Assembly (NCBI GenBank): GCA_028282585.1
Contig: JANQHR010000049.1
Location: 15,226 to 79,225 of the forward strand
Length of the DNA stretch: 64,000 nt
Direction of reading: 5' to 3'
From: Bacteroidales bacterium
Lineage (GTDB): Bacteria; Bacteroidota; Bacteroidia; Bacteroidales; UBA12077
The position numbers and the translations under genes are program-made. Numbering within the stretch: position 1 is the stretch's first letter; every line of letters begins with the position of its first letter. Below, piece after piece: positions 1-9,453 of this stretch. The notes beneath the pieces were generated by a model. The model did not search any database, had not been told where the DNA came from, and saw only the letters and a list, made by a program, of their open reading frames with translations.

Positions 1-1
1 A

Positions 2-682
2 ACGATCCATGTTTTTGATAACAATAAAAAAAGTGTTTTAGCAGTTGCTTACTCAAAAGCTAATAACCTTATAGCATGCGGGAATCAAGATGGTTCAATT
101 GAAATATATACTTTCGATAATTTTGAACTAATACATTCTTTTTCAGGGCATGGAGGTAATATTTATTCGTTAGCATTCAGTAACAATGGTAAGTTTTTAG
201 CAAGTGCATCACGCGATAACAATATTAAGGTCTGGAATTTAGAGAAAATGGAAATTTTCCATGTGTTAACAGGTCACGAAAGAAGCGTGATGAGTATTAA
301 ATTTAGTAATAATGATAAATACCTTGTATCAGGTTCCTATGATACTTCTATTAAATTATGGGATGTTATTAAAGGCGAAGAAATTTATACTTTCCTTGGT
401 CACAGTATGCCTGTAAATGATGTTGATATAAATCACAATAACAATTATATACTAAGCGCATCTGCGGATAAAACCCTAAAAGTGTGGGAATTAAAACCCG
501 AAATACTTGTTAATTTTTATTTTGAAGAAGAATTTCAGAATGAACTAAATGAATCGGGTTTATTTGAACCCAGGAAAACTTCCGAATCTCGATCAGTTTA
601 TAAAGCACGACAGAAAAAAGCAGAATTATACAGACTAGAGCTTTTGCAAAAATTTATTAATCAACTGGATAAATCTAATTAA
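2..682 (+). CDS. WD40-repeat protein, C-terminal part (5' end outside the window)
   Basis: The frame of the listed 248..682 ORF stays open back to base 2, so the gene starts upstream of the window. Consecutive WD40 blades: SGHGGNIYSLAFSNNGKFLASASRDNNIKVWN, TGHERSVMSIKFSNNDKYLVSGSYDTSIKLWD, LGHSMPVNDVDINHNNNYILSASADKTLKVWE. Confidence 0.8.
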   Translation, partial: TIHVFDNNKKSVLAVAYSKANNLIACGNQDGSIEIYTFDNFELIHSFSGHGGNIYSLAFSNNGKFLASASRDNNIKVWNLEKMEIFHVLTGHERSVMSIKFSNNDKYLVSGSYDTSIKLWDVIKGEEIYTFLGHSMPVNDVDINHNNNYILSASADKTLKVWELKPEILVNFYFEEEFQNELNESGLFEPRKTSESRSVYKARQKKAELYRLELLQKFINQLDKSN

Positions 683-725
683 GTTTTAATCTATTTTATT
701 ATTTTCGCAGCCCAAATTTATCGTA

Positions 726-1607
726 ATGCAGAATTTAATTTATTTTATATTTTTAATATCCATTTACTTAATTGCCGTCATTCCTTTCTGGATACTTTAT
801 CCATTATCTAATTTTCTTTCTTTCTTGTTTTATCATGTTTTTAAATATCGTAAATCAGTAATTATAGATAATTTAAAAAAATCTTTTCCTGAAAAAACCG
901 ACAAGGAAATAAAATCTATCGCAAAAAAAACGTACGTTAACTTAACTGATCTTATTGTAGAAAGTATTAAAACTTTTACAATGTCAACTAAGACTGTAAA
1001 GAAACGTTTTAAGGTAATTAATCCTGAAATTTTGGACGATTACCACCAAAAAGGACAAAGTATCATTGGAGTTACGGGACATTACGGGAACTGGGAATGG
1101 GGAGCAATGGCTGGAAGTTTGCAAATAAAGCATCGAGCTGTAGCAATATATAAGCCTTTAAAAAACAAGTATATTGATGGATATATAAGAAAAACCCGCG
1201 CAGAAAATGGAACCTTGCTTAAATCAATCCATAAAACAACTGAAACATTCGAGAATTTTAAAAATCAAACTTGCATATTTCTATTAGTTGCTGATCAAAG
1301 TCCTTCCGCTGTAAAAAAGGCTATTTGGGTTGATTTTTTAAACCAAGACACAGCATGCCTTCACGGTCCTGAAAAACATGCTGTTAACAACAACTACCCT
1401 TTAGTTTATTTGGATATACAAAGGGTAAAACGTGGATATTATGAATTAAAAATTGAAAAGCTGGTCGAAGAACCTATAAAAACCAAAGAAAGTGAAATAA
1501 CCAGGTTATACATGAATAAACTAGAAAAAATTATTCGAAAAAAACCGGAAGATTGGCTATGGTCACATAAAAGATGGAAACGAACGCGCAAAGATCTTTT
1601 GAATTAA
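726..1607 (+). CDS. LpxL/HtrB-family late lipid A acyltransferase
   Basis: 293 aa. N-terminal hydrophobic anchor (LIYFIFLISIYLIAVIPFWILY), acyltransferase His box in GVTGHYGNWEW, and C-terminal PEDWLWSHKRWK as in LpxL/LpxM-type enzymes (from memory). Confidence 0.7.
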   Translation: MQNLIYFIFLISIYLIAVIPFWILYPLSNFLSFLFYHVFKYRKSVIIDNLKKSFPEKTDKEIKSIAKKTYVNLTDLIVESIKTFTMSTKTVKKRFKVINPEILDDYHQKGQSIIGVTGHYGNWEWGAMAGSLQIKHRAVAIYKPLKNKYIDGYIRKTRAENGTLLKSIHKTTETFENFKNQTCIFLLVADQSPSAVKKAIWVDFLNQDTACLHGPEKHAVNNNYPLVYLDIQRVKRGYYELKIEKLVEEPIKTKESEITRLYMNKLEKIIRKKPEDWLWSHKRWKRTRKDLLN

Positions 1608-3310
1608 AAACTGTAAACAAATCCAACTCCTAATAATTCTTTGAACTGTCCCTTTTTTGTTACCCCAACCTGCTGATTGTCTTCAAAGACCGGAATATCA
1701 ACATCATGATCATAAATATAATGAGCATTTACTGATACAGAAATATAATCGGTAAGTTTCATTTTTAAATCTATTTCCAGGTCAACATCAATATTCTGAG
1801 GTTCATTCATGTAATTTGTAAAAAAAGTTATTTTGTTCTCTATATTAATATTATCCCTAATTTTAAGTTTAGATATTGCTTTAATAAATGCTCCTATTTC
1901 CTTTCTAACATATTCATTTTCTCCTATACCAAATCTTGTTTGATCAAACCTTACCGTATCAGTAACCATTGTAAATTTTGATGTAATCGGTGAAATAAGT
2001 ATAGTTAATTTATCACCGGGCTTATAATCAAGACCAAGAGAAAAAACTAAATACGCCGGCGAAAGGAATTCTGAAATTACATTAACTGTTGAATCATTTA
2101 TATACTCTTTTCCTTTAAAAAACTGAGTTTTAAAATTTAATAATGCACTATAGTACCAATTATTTACGGCAGAACGACCATATTTTGCATTTATCTCAAG
2201 TTTATCATCATTCTTTCTCAGATCGTTATCACCAGCTTGAATATAACCCAACCTATACTCATAATCTGTGTCCAGATTACGGATTTTCCCATAACTATAG
2301 TCAACACTATATTTTAATATAGACAATGTTGAAATACTACTCTCCCCTCCTTTTGTCCATGAATCTGAGATATATCCCTGGTTAAACCTTATATCGGCAC
2401 GACCATCAAATTTCCAGATTGGTAATATTTTACTAAACCTTTTTACTTCTCTTAACTGCGGTAATCCAGACTGGACTTCTAATCTTTGATTAACAACCTT
2501 TCTTTGCCGGGCTTTTTCAATATAAATTCCATCCTCCAAATGAATATCAAATGTATTTACATTAGATTTTTTTATCCAAAGAGTAGCGTATTCTCCCCTG
2601 TTATCAAATAAATTTAAACGAACAGAATCAATTTGATCTTCAGCAACATTAAACAAGATAGAATCCTTCTTAATATTTTTAAATATTAAATTAATTGAAT
2701 CTTCAGGAATATTTTTTAATAAATATTCAACTGCATAAAAAATTGAATCTCTATGTTTATATAAGCTAGTATCGTTATATTCCGTTTGAAATAATTGTCC
2801 TAAATTAACATTTAAGTAATTAACTACGGTATCAATTTCTTGTTCTGTTTTATAATTAATCAGCCTAAAAATAGCTTGCTTTAAAGTATCATTTACTATT
2901 ATACTATCGCGAATAATTAGTTGATTTAAATCATATCTTACAAAATCAATTGTGTCTGGTTCTTCAAAAAATAATGAATCCCGAGCTAAACTCAGGAATT
3001 TATCATAATAACTAATCTCGGGGATTAAATCATCAAAAAAAATAAAATCCGTTTGATTAATAATTATAGAATCTATATTAGTTGTTATTTCAATTGAAAC
3101 CGGGTATAATATTGTATTTAAAATTGTATCCTGCCTAATAAAGCCCTCTTGAATATCTAAGCTATCGTTTATAGAACTGTTTAAATTTAAGGAATCTAGT
3201 GCAACAATGATAGTATCGGAAACTTGTATGGAATCTTTATTGGGTATCTGTGCAATTATTTCTTTTCCAAAAAAAAATATTAGTAAGAATATAAGTACTG
3301 CCCTATACAT
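1604..3310 (-). CDS. putative outer-membrane beta-barrel protein (DUF3078-like, family from memory only)
   Basis: 568 aa. Signal-like N-terminus MYRAVLIFLLIFFFGKEIIAQ. The C-terminal half has an alternating beta-strand pattern and ends GVGFVYSF (terminal aromatic residue typical of OM barrels). The stop overlaps the convergent LpxL-like stop by 4 nt (TTAA). Confidence 0.55.
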   Translation of the reverse strand: MYRAVLIFLLIFFFGKEIIAQIPNKDSIQVSDTIIVALDSLNLNSSINDSLDIQEGFIRQDTILNTILYPVSIEITTNIDSIIINQTDFIFFDDLIPEISYYDKFLSLARDSLFFEEPDTIDFVRYDLNQLIIRDSIIVNDTLKQAIFRLINYKTEQEIDTVVNYLNVNLGQLFQTEYNDTSLYKHRDSIFYAVEYLLKNIPEDSINLIFKNIKKDSILFNVAEDQIDSVRLNLFDNRGEYATLWIKKSNVNTFDIHLEDGIYIEKARQRKVVNQRLEVQSGLPQLREVKRFSKILPIWKFDGRADIRFNQGYISDSWTKGGESSISTLSILKYSVDYSYGKIRNLDTDYEYRLGYIQAGDNDLRKNDDKLEINAKYGRSAVNNWYYSALLNFKTQFFKGKEYINDSTVNVISEFLSPAYLVFSLGLDYKPGDKLTILISPITSKFTMVTDTVRFDQTRFGIGENEYVRKEIGAFIKAISKLKIRDNINIENKITFFTNYMNEPQNIDVDLEIDLKMKLTDYISVSVNAHYIYDHDVDIPVFEDNQQVGVTKKGQFKELLGVGFVYSF

Positions 3311-3402
3311 TATTTTATTGTTTTTGAGTGTTTTAAACCTATTTTGGTTTTAAAAATATCATACAAAAGTATCTAATTTTATGCAATTATTTTAGAAACT
3401 TG

Positions 3403-3410
3403 TATATTTG
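3403..3410 (+). promoter_or_regulatory. Bacteroidetes-type -7 box TATATTTG (TAnnTTTG)
   Basis: Exact TAnnTTTG match about 22 nt upstream of the small leader ORF and 177 nt upstream of tnaA. Confidence 0.4.
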
Positions 3411-3431
3411 TGCCGCACTAAAATATATAGC

Positions 3432-3512
3432 ATGAAAATATCAATGAACATACTATTTTCATCTGGACGCGTTTATCTTAATATCAAAAAGAGAGACTCA
3501 TATCACTTCTAA
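3432..3512 (+). CDS. candidate 26-codon leader peptide upstream of tryptophanase (MKISMNILFSSGRVYLNIKKRDSYHF)
   Basis: ATG..TAA ORF found by hand translation, too short for the ORF track. It lies between a -7 box and a terminator-like hairpin. From the second Met it reads MNIL...YLNI..., loosely like E. coli TnaC (MNILHICVTSKWFNIDNKIVDHRP, from memory). Confidence 0.3.
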   Translation: MKISMNILFSSGRVYLNIKKRDSYHF

Positions 3513-3524
3513 GTCTCATATTTC

Positions 3525-3546
3525 AAAAGAGTAAAACTCTTTTTTT
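3525..3546 (+). terminator. weak intrinsic-terminator-like hairpin in the tnaA leader
   Basis: AAAAGAG-TAAAA-CTCTTTT followed by TTT(T)AATT. It starts 13 nt after the leader ORF stop and ends 41 nt before the tnaA ATG. The stem is AT-rich and therefore weak. Confidence 0.35.
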
Positions 3547-3586
3547 AATTAATTACTAATTTGTTAAATCATAAAATTATTATATT

Positions 3587-4963
3587 ATGGAACTTCCATT
3601 TGCAGAATCATATAAGATTAAGATGGTGGAAACCATCAAAAAAAGTACACGCGAAGAACGTGAAAAATGGATTAAAGAAGCAAACTATAATTTATTTAGT
3701 TTAAAAAGCAACCAGGTTTTCATCGATTTGTTAACTGACTCGGGAACTGGTGCTATGAGTGACAAACAATGGTCGGCTATGATGCTTGGTGATGAAAGTT
3801 ATGCCGGAGCTTCATCATATTACAATTTAAAAAGTACAATTAAAGATTTATTAGGTTTTGATTACTTTCTTCCAACCCACCAAGGTAGAGCCGCTGAAAA
3901 TGTGTTATTCTCGGCAACGATAAAAGAAGGTGATATTATCCCTGGTAATTCGCATTTTGATACAACCAAAGGGCATATTGAATTTAGAAAAGCAAAAGCC
4001 GTAGACTGTACTATTGATGAAGCATTTGACACAGAAATAGATCATCCGTTTAAAGGAAATATAGACCCGGTTAAACTTGAAAACACAATTAAAGAATATA
4101 CACCAGAAAAGATTCCTTTTATTGTACTTACCGTAACTTGTAATACATCTGGAGGTCAACCTGTTTCTATTGAAAACATGAGAGATATTCGCAATATTGC
4201 AGATAAATATAACATACCTGTTTATTATGACTCAGCTCGTTTTGCTGAAAATGCTTATTTCATTAAATTACGCGAAAAGGGATATGAAAATAAAACTATC
4301 AAAGAAATTGTAAAGGAAATGTATTCTTATGCTGATGGCATGACTATGAGTAGTAAGAAAGATGCAATTGTTAATATGGGTGGTTTTATTGCTTTAAAAA
4401 GTGAAGAAACCTTTAAAAAAGCAACTGTTTTTAATATTGTATTTGAAGGGTTTATAACTTATGGAGGAATGTCGGGTCGTGATATGAACGCTTTAGCACA
4501 AGGATTGGATGAAGGAACAGAGTTCGATTATCTGGATACAAGAATCAAGCAAGTAGCCTATTTAGGTCAACGACTGACCGATTTTGGTATTTCAGTTCAA
4601 AAACCTTTTGGTGGGCATGCAATATTTGTTGAAGCTAAAAAGTTTTTACCACATGTACCTAAAGAACAATACATTGCTCAAACCTTAGCCGTAGAATTAT
4701 ATTTAGAAGCAGGTATTCGTGGTGTTGAGATCGGAACACTTTTAGCGGATCGTGATCCTGAAACCAGAGAGAATCGTTATCCTGCTTTAGAGTTGCTAAG
4801 ATTAGCAATTCCTCGCAGGGTTTACACGAACAATCATATGGACGTTATTGCTGTAGCTCTTAAAAATGTCTTCGATCGTAGAGATGGAATTAGAACAGGA
4901 TTTAATATTCTGGAAGAGGCACCAATAATGAGACATTTCACGGTTAAACTGGAAAAAGCTTAA
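3587..4963 (+). CDS. tnaA: tryptophanase (beta-eliminating lyase family)
   Basis: 458 aa. DLLTDSGTGAMS, PTHQGRAAEN, PLP-lysine box SSKKDAIVNMGG, SARFAENAYFIK. The C-terminal MRHFTVKL resembles tryptophanase (RHFT) rather than tyrosine phenol-lyase (RFFT), from memory. Confidence 0.8.
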   Translation: MELPFAESYKIKMVETIKKSTREEREKWIKEANYNLFSLKSNQVFIDLLTDSGTGAMSDKQWSAMMLGDESYAGASSYYNLKSTIKDLLGFDYFLPTHQGRAAENVLFSATIKEGDIIPGNSHFDTTKGHIEFRKAKAVDCTIDEAFDTEIDHPFKGNIDPVKLENTIKEYTPEKIPFIVLTVTCNTSGGQPVSIENMRDIRNIADKYNIPVYYDSARFAENAYFIKLREKGYENKTIKEIVKEMYSYADGMTMSSKKDAIVNMGGFIALKSEETFKKATVFNIVFEGFITYGGMSGRDMNALAQGLDEGTEFDYLDTRIKQVAYLGQRLTDFGISVQKPFGGHAIFVEAKKFLPHVPKEQYIAQTLAVELYLEAGIRGVEIGTLLADRDPETRENRYPALELLRLAIPRRVYTNNHMDVIAVALKNVFDRRDGIRTGFNILEEAPIMRHFTVKLEKA

Positions 4964-4977
4964 TAAAACCAAGTAGT

Positions 4978-5007
4978 TAAAACCTCGAATTTGATTCGAG
5001 GTTTTTT
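4978..5007 (+). terminator. rho-independent terminator after tnaA
   Basis: AAAACCTCGAA-TTTGA-TTCGAGGTTTT followed by a T-run. Confidence 0.75.
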
Positions 5008-5082
5008 ATTTATAATAATTTCTTGGCAAATTTTGATAATAGATTTTATTTGGGCAGCTTTGCAAGACTTTAAATATTTTTA

Positions 5083-6411
5083 ATGAAAGATTTAACCAAA
5101 GGGAAAGAAGGTTCTCTAATACTTAAATTTGCTTTACCAATGTTGTTTGGAAATGTATTTCAGCAACTTTATAATGTAGTTGATAGTATAATTGTTGGTA
5201 ATTTTATTGGTAAAGAAGCGCTTGCGGCAGTTGGAGCTTCATTTCCTATCATATTTGCTTTTCTTTCTTTAATTATAGGTATTGCATCCGGAAGTACCAT
5301 TGTTATATCTCAGTATTTTGGGGCTAAAGAAATTGAAAAGGTTAAAAGAACTATTGATACTTTATTTATCTTTTTATTTTTTGCTTCCATTATAATAAGT
5401 ATTGTCGGAATAATTTTCAGCGAAGACATTTTTGTATTTTTAAAACTTCCGGAAGAAATTATTCCGCAAGCAAAAGTATATTTCAATATTTTTATTGGTG
5501 GTGTTATTGTTTCGTTTGGTTTTAATGGTACTAGTGCGATATTGCGCGGATTAGGCGATTCAAAAACTCCATTATATTTTTTAATTGTATCAACGTTTGC
5601 CAATATAGCATTTGATTTATTATTTGTGCTGGTTTTTAAATGGGGAATAGCAGGTGTAGCAATTGCTTCTGTTTTAGCCCAGGGAGGTGCTTTTTTAACA
5701 GCAATCATCTACTTGAATCGAAAACATGAAATCATTCAATTTTCTTTAACTAAACTCGTTTTTGATAAGATAATCTTCAAGAAAAGTTTACGAATCGGGC
5801 TGCCAACCGGAATACAACAAACTTTTGTTGCTATCGGTATGACTGCCTTAATTGGAATTGTTAACAGATTTGGCACCGATGTAATTGCAGCATACTCTGT
5901 TGTTATGCGAATTGGGTCATTGGCAACATTACCTGCAATGAATTTTGCTCAGGCATTAGGAACATTTGTTGGTCAGAATATTGGAGCTCACAAAATGGAA
6001 AGAGTGAATACAGGACTTATTGCAACATTAAAAATGTCATCAATCGTATCTTTAGCTGTTTCTGCATTTGTACTTTTAGGTGCAACTTTCTTAATGAACT
6101 TATTTACTAACGATACAGAAGTTATTAGAATTGGCAGGGAATATCTTTTAATTGTAGGAGGATTTTATGTTGTATTTTCTGCTATGTTTACCATTTCAGG
6201 GGTGATGCGAGGTGCAGGAGACACATTAATTCCAATGTTTTTCTCGTTAATATCGCTTTGGTTTATAAGAATTCCGGGTGCCTGGATTTTATCTGATCAT
6301 TTCGGAGAAATTGGAATTTGGTGGTCGATGCCTATAGGATGGCTGGTTGGGCTTATACTTTCATTTGCTTATTATTTAACAGGAAATTGGAAAAAGAAAG
6401 CCATCATTTAA
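5083..6411 (+). CDS. MATE family efflux transporter
   Basis: 442 aa, 12-TM-like hydrophobicity. The N-terminus LPMLFGNVFQQLYNVVDSIIVGNFIGKEALAAVG is the classic MatE signature. Confidence 0.9.
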   Translation: MKDLTKGKEGSLILKFALPMLFGNVFQQLYNVVDSIIVGNFIGKEALAAVGASFPIIFAFLSLIIGIASGSTIVISQYFGAKEIEKVKRTIDTLFIFLFFASIIISIVGIIFSEDIFVFLKLPEEIIPQAKVYFNIFIGGVIVSFGFNGTSAILRGLGDSKTPLYFLIVSTFANIAFDLLFVLVFKWGIAGVAIASVLAQGGAFLTAIIYLNRKHEIIQFSLTKLVFDKIIFKKSLRIGLPTGIQQTFVAIGMTALIGIVNRFGTDVIAAYSVVMRIGSLATLPAMNFAQALGTFVGQNIGAHKMERVNTGLIATLKMSSIVSLAVSAFVLLGATFLMNLFTNDTEVIRIGREYLLIVGGFYVVFSAMFTISGVMRGAGDTLIPMFFSLISLWFIRIPGAWILSDHFGEIGIWWSMPIGWLVGLILSFAYYLTGNWKKKAII

Positions 6412-6480
6412 TTTTGAGTATTACTAATTTATTTTATAGTAATTAAGGATATAATACAGCTTTTATTATAAAACAGTAAA

Positions 6481-6507
6481 GGGAACCAATCGAGCTGATT
6501 AGTCCCC
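6481..6507 (+). terminator. hairpin downstream of the MATE gene
   Basis: GGGAACCAATC-GAGCT-GATTAGTCCCC (11 bp stem with G-U pairs) followed by only TTT. Confidence 0.4.
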
Positions 6508-6511
6508 TTTA

Positions 6512-7390
6512 ACAATAGAAAACTAAAAGTTTTCCATGTACCAGATTACTGTTATTATGGTTGGCACAACAATTAAAGATTAAATCTTTAGTTATTAGCC
6601 CTGAACCTGCTAACCATTCCAACTAAGGATTGGTTTTTTGGTTGTTCGTTGGTTAAACTTTTAAGAAAAACTTCACGAACGAAGTGCCATAATGTAAGCC
6701 TATTGATTTGCTCAGTTCTTAATTGCTTATACATTGGGGTCTCCCTTGCGGAATTCCTTTTATGCATAATGTACTTAAGTTCTTTGCTTAATCTTTGTAA
6801 ACCTTCACATGTAATCCGAAGATTATTTAAAGGTTTCAGCAATATTTTCAAAGTCATGAACGATCGCTCGTCTATTTTGTAATTATTGCTGCTTACAGCT
6901 CAATCTGTTAAAGAACGCTAGGCGCTTTTTTGAGACTGATCGAACCTCTTGGAACAAGTCTTTAAGATTCAAACTTCGGCTCTTGGGGTAAGCAATTTTA
7001 AAAATTGTACGATCAGCTAAAAATACAACTAAGTACCTTTCTCCTCTCCCTACCTTTCCGAGCAACCTTTTATCTCTCACCTGGTAGAACAAATATACGA
7101 ACAGGTAGAATTATACTAAAATTTTTTCGCCTGTTTTAGTTAACTTCTTATCAACCAATGTTTTCAACAATTGTTAATTACTCTATAACGTTTGTCGTGC
7201 TTAGGTTTTAAACCAGTATTAAGTTCAATATTTGAGGTTATTAACAATATAGATATTTATTCAACACGACGATAAATTATTAATTTGTAAAATAATTTTA
7301 TTTAAGTTCTTTACGAAAAAATCTATTCAGATTAATAGTTAAATGTTATTAGAAATACAAATTATTCCTTGACCCCTTAACTATATAACT
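6512..7390. other. about 0.9 kb spacer without an intact gene; possible decayed gene or unrecognised ncRNA
   Basis: Only short ORFs in mutually different frames (6588..6857-, 6649..6882+, 6883..7092-), with no recognisable domain. Neighbouring intergenic regions are much shorter. Confidence 0.3.
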
Positions 7391-7397
7391 TATTTAT

Positions 7398-7405
7398 TAC
7401 CTTTG
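7398..7405 (+). promoter_or_regulatory. -7 box TACCTTTG upstream of yicC operon
   Basis: TAnnTTTG match 32 nt upstream of ATG 7437. Confidence 0.45.
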
Positions 7406-7436
7406 CCCTATAAATTCAATTATAGGAAATAATAAT

Positions 7437-8309
7437 ATGATAAAATCTATGACCGGCTATGGAAAAGCCGAATGTGAATTAAGAGATCGAAAAATTATTG
7501 TTGAAATAAAATCTTTAAATAGTAAAAATCTGGATCTACATACTAAAATCCCCGGAATTTACCGAGAAAAGGAACTTGATATCAGAAATCATATTTCGAA
7601 GAAGTTATTACGTGGTAAAGTAGAGTTTGTATTGTATTATGAAGTTTCAGATGAAAATAAGGCGACCACTATAAACTCGGGTGTAATTAAAAATTATGTA
7701 AATCAATTAAAAGAAATTGCCACAGAATTAAATCTTCAATCGGAACAGTTATTACAAATGGCTATTCGATTACCCGATACCTTGAATACTGAAAAAGAAG
7801 AAATAGATGAAAATGAGTGGAAAATTGTCATTTCTACTATTGAAACTGCTCTTGACCAACTGGATAGTTTTAGAACACAAGAGGGTAAATATCTAAAAGA
7901 TGATATAGAACAAAGAATAAAAGCTATAGAAGAAAGGAAAAATGAGATCACTCCTTTTGAACTTAATAGGACCGAAAAAATAAAATCCAAACTAAAAGAA
8001 GGCTTAAACAAATCCTTTGATGAAAAAGAATACGATAAAAACAGGTTTGAACAAGAATTGATATATTATCTAGAAAAACTTGACATTACAGAAGAAAAAG
8101 TTCGATTAACAAATCATTGCAACTATTTCTTGGAAATGCTAAATGAACCTGAATCAAATGGCAAAAAGCTAGGTTTTATAAGCCAAGAAATTGGTCGTGA
8201 AATAAATACAATCGGATCAAAAGCTAACGATTCAGATATTCAAAAACTTGTTGTTTTAATGAAAGATGAATTGGAGAAAATTAAAGAGCAAATGCTTAAT
8301 ATTCTTTAA
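7437..8309 (+). CDS. yicC: YicC/YloC family stress-induced protein (endoribonuclease)
   Basis: 290 aa. N-terminal MIKSMTGYGKAE and the C-terminal DUF1732-like segment GREINTIGSKAN are typical of YicC. Confidence 0.85.
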   Translation: MIKSMTGYGKAECELRDRKIIVEIKSLNSKNLDLHTKIPGIYREKELDIRNHISKKLLRGKVEFVLYYEVSDENKATTINSGVIKNYVNQLKEIATELNLQSEQLLQMAIRLPDTLNTEKEEIDENEWKIVISTIETALDQLDSFRTQEGKYLKDDIEQRIKAIEERKNEITPFELNRTEKIKSKLKEGLNKSFDEKEYDKNRFEQELIYYLEKLDITEEKVRLTNHCNYFLEMLNEPESNGKKLGFISQEIGREINTIGSKANDSDIQKLVVLMKDELEKIKEQMLNIL

Positions 8310-8311
8310 TT

Positions 8312-8878
8312 ATGGAAGGTAAATTATTCATATTTTCAGCCCCTTCCGGTTCTGGAAAAACTACCATAGTCCAAAATCTTCTCAAAAAAGATTTAAACCT
8401 TGAATTTTCAATTTCTGCAACTAGTCGACCAAGAAGAAAAAACGAAGTTGATGAAAAGGATTATTATTTTCTAACTACAGATAATTTTAAAGCTAAAATT
8501 GAGAAAGACGAATTTGTTGAATGGGAGGAAGTTTATGAGAATCGATTTTATGGAACTTTAAAAACTGAGGTAGAACGCATTTGGTCGCAAGGAAAACATG
8601 TTATTTTTGATGTTGATGTGATTGGCGGTCTTAATATAAAAAATAAGTTTCTAAATAGAGCCTTATCAATATTTATAATGCCACCAAGTATGGAAGAGCT
8701 GGAAAAAAGACTTATTCTTAGATCAACTGACAGTAACGAGGATATTGAAACCAGACTAGACAAAGCCAATGAGGAGTTAAGTTATGCCGACAGATTTGAT
8801 GTTATTATAATTAACGACAAACTTGAAAAAGCAATTAAAAAAGCTGAAACCACAATCAAAAAATTCATAACTAGTTAA
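8312..8878 (+). CDS. gmk: guanylate kinase
   Basis: 188 aa. P-loop FSAPSGSGKTT, SATSRPRR, EW.EV....YGT pattern. Confidence 0.9.
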   Translation: MEGKLFIFSAPSGSGKTTIVQNLLKKDLNLEFSISATSRPRRKNEVDEKDYYFLTTDNFKAKIEKDEFVEWEEVYENRFYGTLKTEVERIWSQGKHVIFDVDVIGGLNIKNKFLNRALSIFIMPPSMEELEKRLILRSTDSNEDIETRLDKANEELSYADRFDVIIINDKLEKAIKKAETTIKKFITS

Positions 8879-8880
8879 AA

Positions 8881-9453
8881 ATGAGAGTTGGATTATACTT
8901 TGGTTCATTTAATCCTATTCATATCGGTCATTTAGCCATTGCAAATTACATGGTTGAGTATAGTGACATGGATGAAGTCTGGTTAGTAATAAGTCCACAA
9001 AATCCTTTAAAGAAGAAAAGTACACTGCTAAATGAATATGATCGATTAAGGATGGTCGAATTAGCTTTACAAGATGATTTAAGAATAAAGCCTTGTAATA
9101 TTGAGTTCAGATTACCAAAACCGTCTTATACTATTGATACATTAACTTATTTGCGCGAAAGAAATCCTAAAGTTGATTTTATTTTGATCGCTGGCACTGA
9201 TAATTTTCAATCATTCCATAAATGGAAAAATTACGAAGAAATATTGAAGCAATATCAACTATATATATATCCCCGACCCGGCTCTGATTTAGGTGAATAT
9301 AGAGATCATAGCGGTATTAAGTTAATTAATGCACCTTTAATGGAAATTTCTTCGAGTTTTATTCGAGATGCAATTAAAAACAATAAGGATGTACGTTACT
9401 TTTTACCAAAAGAAGTTTATAGCTATATTGAAAAAATGAATCTTTACAAATAA
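8881..9453 (+). CDS. nadD: nicotinate-nucleotide adenylyltransferase
   Basis: 190 aa. GSFNPIHIGH (HxGH nucleotidyltransferase motif) and a C-terminal ISSS.IR motif (EISSSFIRD). Confidence 0.9.
   Translation: MRVGLYFGSFNPIHIGHLAIANYMVEYSDMDEVWLVISPQNPLKKKSTLLNEYDRLRMVELALQDDLRIKPCNIEFRLPKPSYTIDTLTYLRERNPKVDFILIAGTDNFQSFHKWKNYEEILKQYQLYIYPRPGSDLGEYRDHSGIKLINAPLMEISSSFIRDAIKNNKDVRYFLPKEVYSYIEKMNLYK

Noticed and set aside
1604-1607. Convergent genes overlapping by 4 nt at a TTAA (shared stop codons) with no room for a terminator.
   Set aside because: The feature is real, but such overlaps are common in compact genomes. There is no evidence of special function.
3379-3388. The 10-mer TTATGCAATT upstream of the tnaA leader is identical to one arm of the dyad at 40102-40111.
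   Set aside because: A single shared AT-rich 10-mer in 128 kb of two-strand sequence is roughly what chance predicts. There is no second arm at the tnaA site.
6588-7092. Degenerate group II intron (maturase fragment plus a GAGCC...GGTTC domain-V-like segment around 6950-6990).
   Set aside because: The protein similarity is only a few scattered residues. The putative domain V does not fold into the 34 nt AGC-stem/GNRA hairpin, and it lies on the wrong side of the ORF remnants.
6412-7436. RNase P RNA, tmRNA, SRP RNA or tRNA in the 1 kb gene-free gap.
   Set aside because: The universally conserved strings I know are absent on both strands: GAGGAAAGTCC-type P4 for RNase P, a GGGG...tRNA-like end with an ALAA tag ORF for tmRNA, and a GGTTCGA T-loop.
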